DNA of 64,000 nt from Treponemataceae bacterium (GTDB lineage Bacteria; Spirochaetota; Spirochaetia; Treponematales; Rectinemataceae), in the NCBI GenBank assembly GCA_963667725.2, contig CAXXHO010000003.1, forward strand, positions 160,001 through 224,000, given 5' to 3'. A program made the translations under genes and the position numbers. Positions 1 through 10,461 of the stretch are shown one piece after another (position 1 is the stretch's first letter; each line of letters starts with the position of its first letter). A model generated the notes under the pieces. That model saw nothing but the letters and a program-made list of their open reading frames with translations. It had not been told where the DNA came from and did no database searches.

Positions 1-10
1 AGCCGAGCAA

Positions 11-1246
11 GTGGCCGAACTGAAGACCCACGCGCGCGATATCGATATCGCGCGTTCCCTCGCGATAGAGGCTGAAATACGGCACGACCTCATGGCCGAA
101 ATCAAAGCCTTCGCCGAACAATGCCCCAAAGCCGGCGGAGTCATCCATCTCGGGGCGACGTCGATGGATATCGAGGATAACGCGGATGCCCTGCGCATAC
201 GCGAATCCCTTGTCCTCGTGCGCGCCAGGCTGGCCGAGCTTCTGTCGATAATGGCCGACACGATAAAGCGACACGCCAGATTGCCTGTCATGGCTTTTAC
301 GCATCTCCAGCCGGCCGAGCCGACGACCTTCGGCTATCGCTGCGCCGTCTGGGCTCAGGACCTGCTCAGCGCCTATACCGACCTCACTGACCTTCAGGCT
401 TCCATCAGAGGCAAAGGCTTCAAGGGCGCCGTGGGCACTTCGGCTTCGTATGGCGAACTTGTGGGCAAGAAAAACCTCCCCGCCTTCGAAGCTTCGCTCG
501 AGAAAGAGCTGGGCATAGCTTTCTACCCAGTGACGACCCAGACATGCAGCAGGCTCCAGGAATACAAGACGCTCTCCGTGCTCGCTGAGCTGGGAGCCGC
601 CCTCCACAAGATGGCCTTCGACCTCAGGGTTCTGCAGTCTCCCCCCATCGGTGAAGTGTCCGAGCCTTTCGCTAAAAGCCAGGTGGGCTCGTCGGCCATG
701 CCCTTCAAGCGCAATCCCATCGATGCCGAAAAGATCGATTCCCTGTCGAGGCTTCTCTCCAGCTACCCCCAGGTAGCCTGGAGCAACGCTTCCCTTTCCC
801 TGCTCGAAAGGACCTTGGACGATTCCGCGAACAGGCGGACGATCCTTCCCGAAGCCTTCCTCGTCAGCGACGAACTGCTGAAGACGGCCAAGAAGATCAT
901 GGGCGGCTTCGTGCTCGACGGTGGCGCGATTCGGCGAACCTACGAACGCTACGCTCCCTTTGCCTGCACCGAACGGGTGCTCATGGCGATGGCGAAAACA
1001 GGGGCAGACCGACAGGAGACGCATGAGCGGCTGCGCCGCCACGCCCTCGCCGCGTGGGCCGAAATCAAGGAAGGGAAAGAAAATACCTTGACGGCGGCGA
1101 TTTCCGCCGATGAATTTTTTAAGAGCCAGCTGAACGAAGAAGAGCTTTCCTCACTGATGAATATAGATGAATATCTCGGCGATTCGATGGAAAGAGCCGA
1201 AAAATTCGCCGACACGATCAAAGAGAAGATAGCGGTACTTGACTAA
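11..1246 (+). CDS. purB: Adenylosuccinate lyase (5' end probably lies upstream of the window)
   Basis: Motifs IHLGATS, FTHLQPAEPTT and the fumarase-superfamily signature GSSAMPFKRNP; the frame is open from the window start. Confidence 0.95.
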   Translation: MAELKTHARDIDIARSLAIEAEIRHDLMAEIKAFAEQCPKAGGVIHLGATSMDIEDNADALRIRESLVLVRARLAELLSIMADTIKRHARLPVMAFTHLQPAEPTTFGYRCAVWAQDLLSAYTDLTDLQASIRGKGFKGAVGTSASYGELVGKKNLPAFEASLEKELGIAFYPVTTQTCSRLQEYKTLSVLAELGAALHKMAFDLRVLQSPPIGEVSEPFAKSQVGSSAMPFKRNPIDAEKIDSLSRLLSSYPQVAWSNASLSLLERTLDDSANRRTILPEAFLVSDELLKTAKKIMGGFVLDGGAIRRTYERYAPFACTERVLMAMAKTGADRQETHERLRRHALAAWAEIKEGKENTLTAAISADEFFKSQLNEEELSSLMNIDEYLGDSMERAEKFADTIKEKIAVLD

Positions 1247-1273
1247 ATTTTACCCCCGATGGTATCAATTTCT

Positions 1274-4200
1274 ATGGGTAATCAATTTCCAGTTTATCGC
1301 TTTACGATACGAGAATTGCATCCGGGGGCTCGATCCTCGGCTGTGATAGTGCGCGGTGCGCAACGGTTGGGCCTACAAAAGGTCAGCGCCGTACTGCGCT
1401 CGGAAATTTACTTTGTGCGCGGGAAAATAGCGCCCGAGGAGCTCGATCTCCTCGGGCGTTTTCTTTTTTCAGACCCCGTCACCCAGGAATTCCATGTGGA
1501 AACCTGCCCGGTTTCCGCAGGCGACGCAAAAAACGCGATCGAGGTCGCCTACCATCCAGGCGTGACCGATCCCGTAGCCGACGAGATCCTGCGCTCGGCG
1601 CGCGAATTGGGCGTTTCGGGCATCGATGCCGCTTCCACGGGGCAGCGTTTCGAGATCGCCTGTACCGACAGCGGCGCGCTGAATGAGGCGGAGCTGGGGC
1701 TTCTGGCATCGAAGCTCCTCGCCAATCCCGTGGTGCAGCGCTACGCCATAGGCTTTGTGGAACCATCCTTCCCCGGTTTGGACGAAACGAGAATCGCCGT
1801 CGAAAAGATCCCCGTGCATATGCTTGACGACGATGGGCTCGCGGTCCTCAATGAGGAACGTCGGGCCGCTCTCGATTTCGGGGAACTCGCGGCCATCCGC
1901 GATTACTTCGCCGCCGAGGGAAGAGCCTGTACCGATGTCGAATTCGAGATGCTCGCCCAGACCTGGAGCGAACACTGCTTCCATAAAACCTTCAAGGCTA
2001 TCATCGACATCAAGAACGGCGAAAAAGCCGGCCTTCCCGAACGGGTGGACAATATACTTCGTTCCTATATAAAGGCCGCCACCGATGAGATCGCCGCTCC
2101 CTGGATCGTTTCCGCGTTCAAGGACAACGCTGGCATCATGGAATTCGACGACGAGCACGATATCTCCTTCAAGGTCGAAACTCATAACCACCCCTCAGCC
2201 ATAGAACCCTTCGGCGGCGCGAACACGGGAGTCGGCGGCGTCATCCGTGACGTCGTGGCCGTGTCGGCCAGGCCCATCGCGGTCACCGACGTGCTCTGTT
2301 TCGGAATGCCCGACCTGGGCAAGGGGAAGGGCAGGGGCGAACCTGTCGCCTGCGGCCCGGCCGCGGGCGGCCTTTCGGTCGACCATATCCGGACCGGGGT
2401 CGTGGCCGGCGTCCAGGACTACGGCAATAAAATGGGCATTCCGACGGTGAACGGCGGAATCCATTATCACGCGAAATACGCCGCCAATCCCCTCGTCTAC
2501 TGTGGCTGCGCCGGCATAGCGCCCAAAGGCGCCTTCTTCTCCAAACCCCGCGTGGGCGACAGGATAGTATCACTCGGCGGCAGGACGGGACGCGACGGCA
2601 TCCGCGGCGCCACCTTCTCATCGATGACGATGGACGGCGCTACGCTCGACACGGCGGGATCCTCGGTACAAATAGGCGCGCCGATCGTCGAGAAGAAAGT
2701 CACCGAAATCATACTGGCCGCGCGCGACGCCGGACTCTATACGGGCATCACCGATTGCGGCGCGGGCGGTCTCTCCTCGGCCGTCGGCGAGATGGCTTCG
2801 GAACTGGGCGGCGACATAGAACTTTCGGAAGTCCGGCTCAAGTATTCCGGTCTCGCTCCCTGGGAAATCTGGCTCTCCGAAGCGCAGGAGAGGATGGTGA
2901 TCGCCGTTCCTCCGGAAAACATGAAGGCGCTCGCCGCCCTATGCGACAACAACGATGTGGAATACTGCGACCTGGGACATTTTACCGGCGACGGGCGGCT
3001 TGTCGTGCATTACCGAGGCGAGCCGATCCTCGACCTGGACTGCGAATTTCTGCACGGCGGCATGCCGCGAAGGCATCTGATCACGTCGGCGCCAAAAGTA
3101 CCAGCGTCAAAAGCGCCCGCGTTAAAAGTACCGGCGCCAACGGGAATTTCCTCCTCCAGTCATCCGCTCGAAACGCTTTACGCGGAAGTGATGTCCCACC
3201 ATGCCATAGCCTCCAAGGAATGGGCGATCAGGCGGTACGACCATGAGGTGCAGGGCGGGACGAAGATCGGTCCCTTCGCTGGAGCGACGCAATCGGGCCC
3301 CGCCGACGCCGCCGTCATTAAGCCCCTTGAGACGAAAGGAAGAAAAGGCATCGCTATTTCCAACGGCTTCAATCCGCGCTACGGGGAAGCTGATTCGTAT
3401 AACGCGGCCGCGTCCGCCATCGACGAGGCGGTGAGAAACGCCGTGGCGTCGGGCGCCGATCCCGACAGGATCGCCATCGTGGATAATTTCTGCTGGGGCG
3501 ATCCGCTGAAGCCGGAGAACGTCTGGACCCTCCTTCGAGCCGCCAAGGCCTGCCGCGATGTCTCGGTCGCTCACAGGGCGCCCTTCTTCTGCGGCAAGGA
3601 TTCCTTCAACAATGAATTCGAAGGACCCGATGGATCGCGCATCGCCATCCCTCCCTCCCTCCTCATTTCCGCGATGGGAATCGTGCCGGATATCGCGCGC
3701 TCGCCCACCACGGACCTGAAATCCGAATCCGGAATTCTCTACCTGGTCGGCGAATTTTCGCCTGTATTCCCTGCCTCCGTGCTCCAGGACATCCTGTCCG
3801 GGCAGGAAGGGCAAGACGAGGCCCTATCGGGCGAGATGAACTACGGCGGCCCAGGCCCCGCTTTTTCCGGCATATCACCCAACGTTTACAGGAAACTTCA
3901 TTCGGCGATCCTGAAATCCCAGGTGCTTTCCTGCCACGATCTCTCCGAAGGCGGATTGGGCGCGGCGCTCGCCGAAATGTGCATAGGCGGCGAACTGGGT
4001 GCCGATATCGACCTTAAGGCCGCGGAGAAAGCGGCCTTCGCCCTGGCGGCAAGCGGCGAACCGAGGAACTGGCCGCATCCCGCCACGGGAAAGGACGAGC
4101 TCCTTCTCTTCGGGGAAACGAACGGCTGCTTCCTCGCGGAAATAGCGCCGGAGAATACGACGGATTTCGAGGCGTCGATGGCCGGTCTGCCCTGCCGTCC

Positions 4201-4369
4201 AATCGGCCGCGTTTCCCGCGAATCCCGGATCTCGATAGCCCTCCTCGGCGGGAACGCGCTATCGGTGGGAATCTCCCGGCTCGAAAAAGCCTTCGCGAGC
4301 GAGACATCGGCCGCTCTGGGAGATCAGCGGTGCGACGATGCCGAAACCGAAATCGGAGGCGGAAAATGA
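1274..4369 (+). CDS. purL: Phosphoribosylformylglycinamidine synthase PurL with N-terminal PurS-like region
   Basis: Motifs AQTWSEHCFHKTF, KVETHNHPSAIEPFGGANTG, DCGAGGL, LSEAQERM and CHDLSEGG; N-terminal segments carry DPVTQ, PGVTDP and LLANPV. Start is 1259 or 1274. Confidence 0.93.
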   Translation: MGNQFPVYRFTIRELHPGARSSAVIVRGAQRLGLQKVSAVLRSEIYFVRGKIAPEELDLLGRFLFSDPVTQEFHVETCPVSAGDAKNAIEVAYHPGVTDPVADEILRSARELGVSGIDAASTGQRFEIACTDSGALNEAELGLLASKLLANPVVQRYAIGFVEPSFPGLDETRIAVEKIPVHMLDDDGLAVLNEERRAALDFGELAAIRDYFAAEGRACTDVEFEMLAQTWSEHCFHKTFKAIIDIKNGEKAGLPERVDNILRSYIKAATDEIAAPWIVSAFKDNAGIMEFDDEHDISFKVETHNHPSAIEPFGGANTGVGGVIRDVVAVSARPIAVTDVLCFGMPDLGKGKGRGEPVACGPAAGGLSVDHIRTGVVAGVQDYGNKMGIPTVNGGIHYHAKYAANPLVYCGCAGIAPKGAFFSKPRVGDRIVSLGGRTGRDGIRGATFSSMTMDGATLDTAGSSVQIGAPIVEKKVTEIILAARDAGLYTGITDCGAGGLSSAVGEMASELGGDIELSEVRLKYSGLAPWEIWLSEAQERMVIAVPPENMKALAALCDNNDVEYCDLGHFTGDGRLVVHYRGEPILDLDCEFLHGGMPRRHLITSAPKVPASKAPALKVPAPTGISSSSHPLETLYAEVMSHHAIASKEWAIRRYDHEVQGGTKIGPFAGATQSGPADAAVIKPLETKGRKGIAISNGFNPRYGEADSYNAAASAIDEAVRNAVASGADPDRIAIVDNFCWGDPLKPENVWTLLRAAKACRDVSVAHRAPFFCGKDSFNNEFEGPDGSRIAIPPSLLISAMGIVPDIARSPTTDLKSESGILYLVGEFSPVFPASVLQDILSGQEGQDEALSGEMNYGGPGPAFSGISPNVYRKLHSAILKSQVLSCHDLSEGGLGAALAEMCIGGELGADIDLKAAEKAAFALAASGEPRNWPHPATGKDELLLFGETNGCFLAEIAPENTTDFEASMAGLPCRPIGRVSRESRISIALLGGNALSVGISRLEKAFASETSAALGDQRCDDAETEIGGGK

Positions 4370-5157
4370 AACCCAAGGCAATAGTCCTACATGCCGCCGG
4401 GATCAACAGGGATACGGACGCGGCCTACGCGCTGGAGATGGCCGGCGCCGAAGTCAGGATCGTCCATGTCAACGAACTCAAGGCCGACAGAAGCATTCTC
4501 TCCGAAAGCCGGATTCTCGTGATCCCGGGCGGATTTTCCTATGCCGACGCTCTCGGCGCGGGCCGGCTCTTCGCCTTGGACATAGCCTCCTTTTTCAGGG
4601 ACGAAGTGAGCGAATTCGTCGGAAAAGGCAAAGCGGTGATAGGCATCTGCAACGGCTTCCAGACCCTCGTCAAGGCCGGAATACTGCCTGGCTTGGAAGT
4701 TATTCCTTCGGACAGGGAAGAGCGTTATGCGACGCTGACCGACAACCTCAATCGCCGCTTTGAATGCAGATGGGTTACGATGAAAGCCGAGGAGAGCCCC
4801 TGCATCTGGACCAAGGGTCTGACGGCGCCGGTCGTATGTCCCATCGCCCACGGAGAGGGAAGGTTCCTCGTGAAAGACGAGGTTCATCTCGAGGCTCTGC
4901 TGGCGAAAAAACTCGTCGCGTTCTCTTACGCGCTCCCGGACGGCTCGCCCGCCGCCGGCAGATACCCGGACAACCCCAACGACTCCGTGGCCGACATCGC
5001 CGGCATCTGCAATCCCGAAGGAAACGTCCTGGGTCTCATGCCGCACCCCGAGGACAATATTTTTTCCGGTCCCGGTGCAAGGGCTTACCGCGGAGGAAAG
5101 GCCGGCGGCGGCCTCGATCTCTTTATCAATGGCGTGCGTTATGCGAAACAGTTATGA
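4366..5157 (+). CDS. purQ: FGAM synthase glutaminase subunit
   Basis: Motifs PGGFSYAD, GICNGFQ, IAHGEG and GLMPHPE; ATGA overlap with the purL stop. Confidence 0.95.
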   Translation: MKPKAIVLHAAGINRDTDAAYALEMAGAEVRIVHVNELKADRSILSESRILVIPGGFSYADALGAGRLFALDIASFFRDEVSEFVGKGKAVIGICNGFQTLVKAGILPGLEVIPSDREERYATLTDNLNRRFECRWVTMKAEESPCIWTKGLTAPVVCPIAHGEGRFLVKDEVHLEALLAKKLVAFSYALPDGSPAAGRYPDNPNDSVADIAGICNPEGNVLGLMPHPEDNIFSGPGARAYRGGKAGGGLDLFINGVRYAKQL

Positions 5158-5167
5158 GGAGCGATAT

Positions 5168-6142
5168 ATGATGGAACGCGACAGAATCCAGGCTATGCTC
5201 CCCAAGGCTTTCATGGGCCTGGGCGAAGGAAAGAGAGAGAAACATTCGGGAAAAGTGAGGGACTGGTACGCGCTGGACGATTCCAGCCGCCTCATGGTGA
5301 CGACGGACAGGCTTTCGGCCTTCGACAGGATCGTCGCGGCCGTGCCCTGGAAGGGCCAGGTCCTCAACGAGCTTTCGGCCTGGTGGAACGAGAAGACGGC
5401 AGATATAGCGCCTAACCACCTTCTCGCCGTTCCCGATCCCAACGTTTCCATAGTCCGCGAAGCTTCCCCTCTCTCGGTCGAAGTGATCGTGCGCGGCTAT
5501 ATAACCGGCGTCACCTCCACGGCCCTCTGGCGCCGCTATTCCGAGGGCGAGAGGAATATCTACGGATACGGTTTTCCCGAAGGCCTGCGAAAGAACCAGC
5601 GTCTCCCTTCGCCGATAATTACGCCCACGACAAAAGCTGAGGCGGGGCAGCACGATGAGCGACTTACCATCAAAGAAGTGGTTGAAAAAGGCTTCGTCAA
5701 AGCTAAAACCTGGGATCGCGTAATGGATATCGCCCTCGCTCTCTTCGCCAGGGGAACGGAGGTCGCCGAAAAAGCGGGGCTCATCCTCGTCGACACGAAA
5801 TACGAATTCGGTCTCGACGCCGACGGGAAAGTGATGCTCATCGATGAAATCCATACGCCTGACTCCTCACGTTATTGGCGCCTCGGCAGTTACGCGGCGC
5901 GTTTGGCCGAAGGCCGCGAGCCTGAAATTTTCGACAAGGAATTCGTGCGTATGCACTACGCGGAAACTGGGTATAGGGGCGACGGGAAAATTCCCAACCT
6001 GCCCGACGGCGTATGGGCCGACACCGGCATTCTGTACCAGACGGCCTACGAACTCCTTACCGGCCGGAGCTTCGCCCCCGGCTCGTATCCCGTGGAACCC
6101 AGGCTTCTGGCGAATCTCGAAAAAGCGGGGATAACTCTATGA
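5168..6142 (+). CDS. purC: SAICAR synthetase
   Basis: Motifs GKVRD, TDRLSAFD, TPTTKA, LVDTKYEFG and DEIHTPDSSRYW; GAGGA SD precedes 5168. Confidence 0.95.
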   Translation: MMERDRIQAMLPKAFMGLGEGKREKHSGKVRDWYALDDSSRLMVTTDRLSAFDRIVAAVPWKGQVLNELSAWWNEKTADIAPNHLLAVPDPNVSIVREASPLSVEVIVRGYITGVTSTALWRRYSEGERNIYGYGFPEGLRKNQRLPSPIITPTTKAEAGQHDERLTIKEVVEKGFVKAKTWDRVMDIALALFARGTEVAEKAGLILVDTKYEFGLDADGKVMLIDEIHTPDSSRYWRLGSYAARLAEGREPEIFDKEFVRMHYAETGYRGDGKIPNLPDGVWADTGILYQTAYELLTGRSFAPGSYPVEPRLLANLEKAGITL

Positions 6143-6648
6143 AGAAAAATCTCGCCGTCATCCTGATGGGCGCCATGTCCGACTACGGCCATGCGGAGCG
6201 CATAATAGAATGGCTGGATTATTTCGGCATCGAGCACGTGACGAGAATAGCCTCGGCCCACAAGACGCCCGAAAAATTATTGAATATTCTCGAGGCGCAG
6301 GAAAAGAAGGGCGACAATGTCGCCTATATCACGATCGCCGGATTGTCCAACGCGCTTTCGGGGATGGTCGATTTCGCGACCGCGTTTCCCGTAATAGCCT
6401 GTCCTCCTCCCTGCGACGCGTTCGGCGGAGCCGACGTTTTCTCTTCCCTGCGCATGCCTCCCGGCGTCGCGGCGGCCACGGTTCTGGAACCGCGCAACGC
6501 GGCATTTTTCGTGGCTAAGCTTTTCGCCGCCGATGATGATGCAATAAAGGCCAAGATATACGCGTATCATACCGAACAGCGCGAAAAGATCGATAGCGAC
6601 GAACTCTCCTTGAGCGAAGATTCGGAAAGGAAGGACGCGGCACGATGA
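6139..6648 (+). CDS. purE: AIR carboxylase PurE (class II-like)
   Basis: Motifs MGAMSD, IASAHKTP, IAGLSNALSG, PVIACPP and SSLRMP; ATGA overlap with the purC stop. Confidence 0.92.
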   Translation: MKKNLAVILMGAMSDYGHAERIIEWLDYFGIEHVTRIASAHKTPEKLLNILEAQEKKGDNVAYITIAGLSNALSGMVDFATAFPVIACPPPCDAFGGADVFSSLRMPPGVAAATVLEPRNAAFFVAKLFAADDDAIKAKIYAYHTEQREKIDSDELSLSEDSERKDAAR

Positions 6649-8072
6649 TTGAAGAAAACTGGCTGTCTGAAGACGATCCGCATGAAGAATGCGGCGTCAT
6701 GGCCATTTACGCGCCGGGAAAGGACGCGTCAAGGCTCGCCTATTACGGGCTTTTCGCGCTTCAGCACAGAGGCCAGGAATCGGCCGGCATCGCCGCCTTC
6801 GACGGGAATGTAATCAACTCGAAGAAGAATCTGGGCTTGGTTTCCCAGGTGTTTTCCGAAGCCGACATCGAAAGCCTCGCGGGCAGCCTGGCCATCGGCC
6901 ATAACCGCTATTCGACGACGGGTTCCTCGAATGTGCGCAACGCGCAGCCCTTCATCATAGATTCCCGCCACGGACCCATAGCTCTCGCGCACAACGGCAA
7001 TATCGTCAACGCTGGCGAGATCCGCAAAAGGCTCCTGAACAAGGGCATCGGACTCACCTCGGCGAGCGACACCGAATTGATGATCATGGATCTCGCGGGA
7101 TCGGACAAGAAAGACTGGGTTTCGCGCATTCATTCCACCATGGCTTCCTGGGTGGGCGCTTTCTCATTCGTGGCCCTGACGCCGGACGGCGTTTTCGCCG
7201 CGAGAGATCCCTGGGGCTTAAGGCCGCTCGCCTATGGATTCACCGCGGAGAAAGCCTTCGTCGTCGCGTCCGAAACCTGCGCTCTCTCGACGCTGGGCTG
7301 CCATGAAATCCACGAAATAGAAGCTGGTCAGATCGTTTCGTGCAACGCGGCCGGAGCGGTAAAAATTTCGGACGCTCCGAAGAAGACGAAAAAGAAACGT
7401 CAGGCCTCCTGCGTCTTCGAATTCATCTATTTTTCCCGGCCGGACAGCGTATGGAACGGCCTTTCCGTCCATGAAGTGCGCAGGCGCTTCGGGGAGGAAC
7501 TGGCCAGAACTTCGCCCGTCGAAGCCGATCTCGTCATTCCCGTGCCTGATTCTTCCATTTCAGCGGCGATAGGCTATTCGGGAGCTTCCGGCATCCCCTA
7601 CGGCGAGGCCTTCGTAAAGAACCGTTATATAGGAAGGACTTTCATCGAACCCACAACCTTCCTTCGCAAGCGGGGCGTCTCCCTTAAGTTCAACGTTCTT
7701 CACGATTCCGTGAAAGGTAAAAGGATCATCGTCATAGACGATTCCATAGTGAGAGGCAACACGATACGACCTCTCGTCGCCCTCCTGAAAAATGCCGGGG
7801 CGAAGGAAGTCCATGTGCGGGTCGCGAGTCCCCCGGTGAAATATTCTTGCATGATGGGCGTCGACATGGGCCAGCGCCGCGAGCTGATCGCGAATATTCT
7901 CCCCATCGCCGAAATGGCCAAGTGGAGCGGCGCCGATTCGCTCTCCTACCTCTCGCTCGAATCGGTGGGCAAGGCCATCGGCGACATCGAGGACTATTGC
8001 ACCGCATGTTTTTCCGGGATCTATCCCTTCGACGTGGGGATCTCCGAATCCAAAGAAAGGTTCGAATTCTAA
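6645..8072 (+). CDS. purF: Amidophosphoribosyltransferase
   Basis: Propeptide then EECG; motifs LQHRGQE, GHNRYST and DDSIVRGNT; C-terminal CTACFSG. Confidence 0.96.
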   Translation: MIEENWLSEDDPHEECGVMAIYAPGKDASRLAYYGLFALQHRGQESAGIAAFDGNVINSKKNLGLVSQVFSEADIESLAGSLAIGHNRYSTTGSSNVRNAQPFIIDSRHGPIALAHNGNIVNAGEIRKRLLNKGIGLTSASDTELMIMDLAGSDKKDWVSRIHSTMASWVGAFSFVALTPDGVFAARDPWGLRPLAYGFTAEKAFVVASETCALSTLGCHEIHEIEAGQIVSCNAAGAVKISDAPKKTKKKRQASCVFEFIYFSRPDSVWNGLSVHEVRRRFGEELARTSPVEADLVIPVPDSSISAAIGYSGASGIPYGEAFVKNRYIGRTFIEPTTFLRKRGVSLKFNVLHDSVKGKRIIVIDDSIVRGNTIRPLVALLKNAGAKEVHVRVASPPVKYSCMMGVDMGQRRELIANILPIAEMAKWSGADSLSYLSLESVGKAIGDIEDYCTACFSGIYPFDVGISESKERFEF

Positions 8073-8091
8073 TGCCAGGAGTGAAGACCGC

Positions 8092-10461
8092 ATGAAAGTA
8101 CTTCTTGTCGGATCAGGCGCCAGGGAACATGCCCTCGCGTGGAAAATGAGCGCTTCGCCGCTCCTCGACGCCTTGTACTTCGCGCCGGGCAACGCGGGAA
8201 CCGCATTGTACGGCGCGAATGTGGATATCGGTCAGGGCGATGTGGATCGGCTTGCCGAATTCGCCGCGGCCAACGCCATCGATCTCGTCGTGATCGGCCC
8301 CGAACTGCCTCTCTCCCTCGGACTGGCGGATAAGCTCCAGTCGGCATCGGCTGGCGGGCCGCCTCTCTGTTTCGGTCCTTCATCGGCGGCGGCCAAGATA
8401 GAATCCTCGAAATCATTCTCCAAGGAATTCATGCGGAAATACGGCATTCCTACAGCCGATTTCAGGACGTTTTCCTCTTATGATGAAGCGCTCAACTTCG
8501 TTCGCGACGCGCCTTGGCCTTTCGTCATAAAGGCCTCGGGTCTCGCTTCCGGAAAGGGCGTTTTCCTTCCCGCGTCGCTGAAGGAAGCCGAAGAAGTCCT
8601 GGCCATGGTCATGAAGGAAAAGAAGTTGGGCGATGCCGGCGCCGAGGTCGTCATCGAAGAACGTCTGTCGGGCGAGGAAATCTCCATACTCGGATTCTGC
8701 GACGGTTCCAGCGTCAGCGTCATGCCGCCCGCGCAGGATCACAAAAGACTCCTGGAAAGCGATGCCGGACCGAATACGGGAGGCATGGGCGCGATCGCTT
8801 CGGCAAAAGCGGTTCCTTTCGGCCGTGCCCGCGACTTTGCCGACCTGTTTCTGAAACCCGCCTGTAAAGGCCTGGCCGCCGAGGGAAGTCCCTTCGTGGG
8901 CGTTTTATACGCGGGGATCATTCTCACCGAGGATGGACCCAAGGTTCTCGAATACAATTGCCGCTTCGGCGACCCTGAAACGGAAGCGATACTCCCTCTG
9001 CTCGAATCGGATATCGTCGAAATTTTCGACGCATGCGCCAGGGGCCGCCTTGGCGATATGAAGATCGATTGGGCGGACAAGGCCGCGGCCTGCGTCATCA
9101 TCGCTTCCGATAGTTATGCGACCGATGTCCACGACGACAGCCAGCGGGAAGTGAAGGATTTCGGCGGCAGTCCCAATTCCGTTCTCTTCCACGCGGCGAC
9201 CCATCGTATAGGCGACGGAAGGGTGATGGCCGCCGGCGGAAGACTTCTCTGCGCCTCGGCCTGGGCGGATTCGGTGGATGAAGCGCTCGAGGAAGCCTAT
9301 GCCAGAGTAGCGCGCGTCGAGGTCCCGTTTTCGCGGTACAGAAAAGATATCGGCCGGGGCAAAACCTTCCTGATGCTCAACGAGCTCGGCGGATCGGCCG
9401 CGACTTTCGCGTCGGCCGCGTCATACGCGTCGGCCGGCGTCGATATCGACGCCGGGGACAGAGCCGTCGAGCTCATGAGCGCCGCCGTAAAATCCACCTA
9501 CGGGCCGGAAGTGCTCGCGGGCATCGGTTCCTTCGGCGGCATGTACGACGCGTCCGCCCTCAAGACGATGGACGATCCCGTGCTTGTCTCCTCCACCGAC
9601 GGCGTCGGCACGAAGGTGAAGCTGGCTGCCTTCAGGAAAAGCTATGAAAGCATAGGCCAGGATATAGTCAATCACTGCATCGACGACATTCTGGTGCAGG
9701 GGGCGAGGCCACTGTTTTTCCTGGACTACATCGCCACCTCGAAGCTCGATCCCTCGATGATCGCCGAAGCCGTCGGCGGGATGGCCAAGGCTTGCAGGGA
9801 ATCGGGCTGTGCCCTCATCGGCGGCGAGACCGCCGAGATGCCCGGCGTCTATATGCCGAATGAATTCGACGTAGCCGGCGCCATCATCGGACTCGCCGAA
9901 AAAAAACGGATGCTCCCGCTCAAGACGATGCGCGCCGGGGATCTTCTCCTCGGCTTTCCCTCGAGCGGACCGCATACGAACGGCTTTTCCCTGGTGAGGA
10001 AGATTTTTTCCGAAAAAGAATTCGGCGGCTACGCCGAAATCCTGGGTCGGCCTCTGTCGGAAGCTCTTCTCGCGCCGCATCGCTCCTACCTGCCTGTCCT
10101 CTGGCCCGTTCTTGAAAAGGGGCCGGGGCTCATCAAGGCGCTTGCCCATATCACCGGCGCCGGATTCGAAGGCAACGTGCCCCGAATACTGCCGCCTGAT
10201 CTCGATGCCCATATAAGGATGGATTCCTGGCCCATGCCCCCGCTGTTCCGCCTGATCATGGGAAAGGGCGGTATCGACGAGCTGGAAATGTACAGAGTAT
10301 TCAATATGGGCATCGGGATGGTGGCCGTCGCGGCCCCGGCCGACGTGGATGCCATCGCCCGCCTCTCGGGCAATCCTTTCTTCGTCATCGGCGAACTGAA
10401 GCCTGGCTCCGGATTGGCGGTCATGGAAAAATGCGCCGATAAAGCGCGGGGCCGAGCGTGA
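8092..10461 (+). CDS. purD/purM: Bifunctional GAR synthetase / AIR synthetase (PurD-PurM fusion)
   Basis: N half has GSGAREHAL, PAQDHKR, GPNTGGMG and EYNCRFGDPE; C half has YASAGVDID, STDGVGTK, GGETAEMPG, AHITGAG and FNMGIG; one 789-aa frame. Confidence 0.95.
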   Translation: MKVLLVGSGAREHALAWKMSASPLLDALYFAPGNAGTALYGANVDIGQGDVDRLAEFAAANAIDLVVIGPELPLSLGLADKLQSASAGGPPLCFGPSSAAAKIESSKSFSKEFMRKYGIPTADFRTFSSYDEALNFVRDAPWPFVIKASGLASGKGVFLPASLKEAEEVLAMVMKEKKLGDAGAEVVIEERLSGEEISILGFCDGSSVSVMPPAQDHKRLLESDAGPNTGGMGAIASAKAVPFGRARDFADLFLKPACKGLAAEGSPFVGVLYAGIILTEDGPKVLEYNCRFGDPETEAILPLLESDIVEIFDACARGRLGDMKIDWADKAAACVIIASDSYATDVHDDSQREVKDFGGSPNSVLFHAATHRIGDGRVMAAGGRLLCASAWADSVDEALEEAYARVARVEVPFSRYRKDIGRGKTFLMLNELGGSAATFASAASYASAGVDIDAGDRAVELMSAAVKSTYGPEVLAGIGSFGGMYDASALKTMDDPVLVSSTDGVGTKVKLAAFRKSYESIGQDIVNHCIDDILVQGARPLFFLDYIATSKLDPSMIAEAVGGMAKACRESGCALIGGETAEMPGVYMPNEFDVAGAIIGLAEKKRMLPLKTMRAGDLLLGFPSSGPHTNGFSLVRKIFSEKEFGGYAEILGRPLSEALLAPHRSYLPVLWPVLEKGPGLIKALAHITGAGFEGNVPRILPPDLDAHIRMDSWPMPPLFRLIMGKGGIDELEMYRVFNMGIGMVAVAAPADVDAIARLSGNPFFVIGELKPGSGLAVMEKCADKARGRA

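Noticed and set aside
3090..3140. 15-bp imperfect repeats inside purL (APKVPASKAPALKVPAP)
   Set aside because: An in-frame low-complexity linker between PurL domains, with no sign of a separate function.
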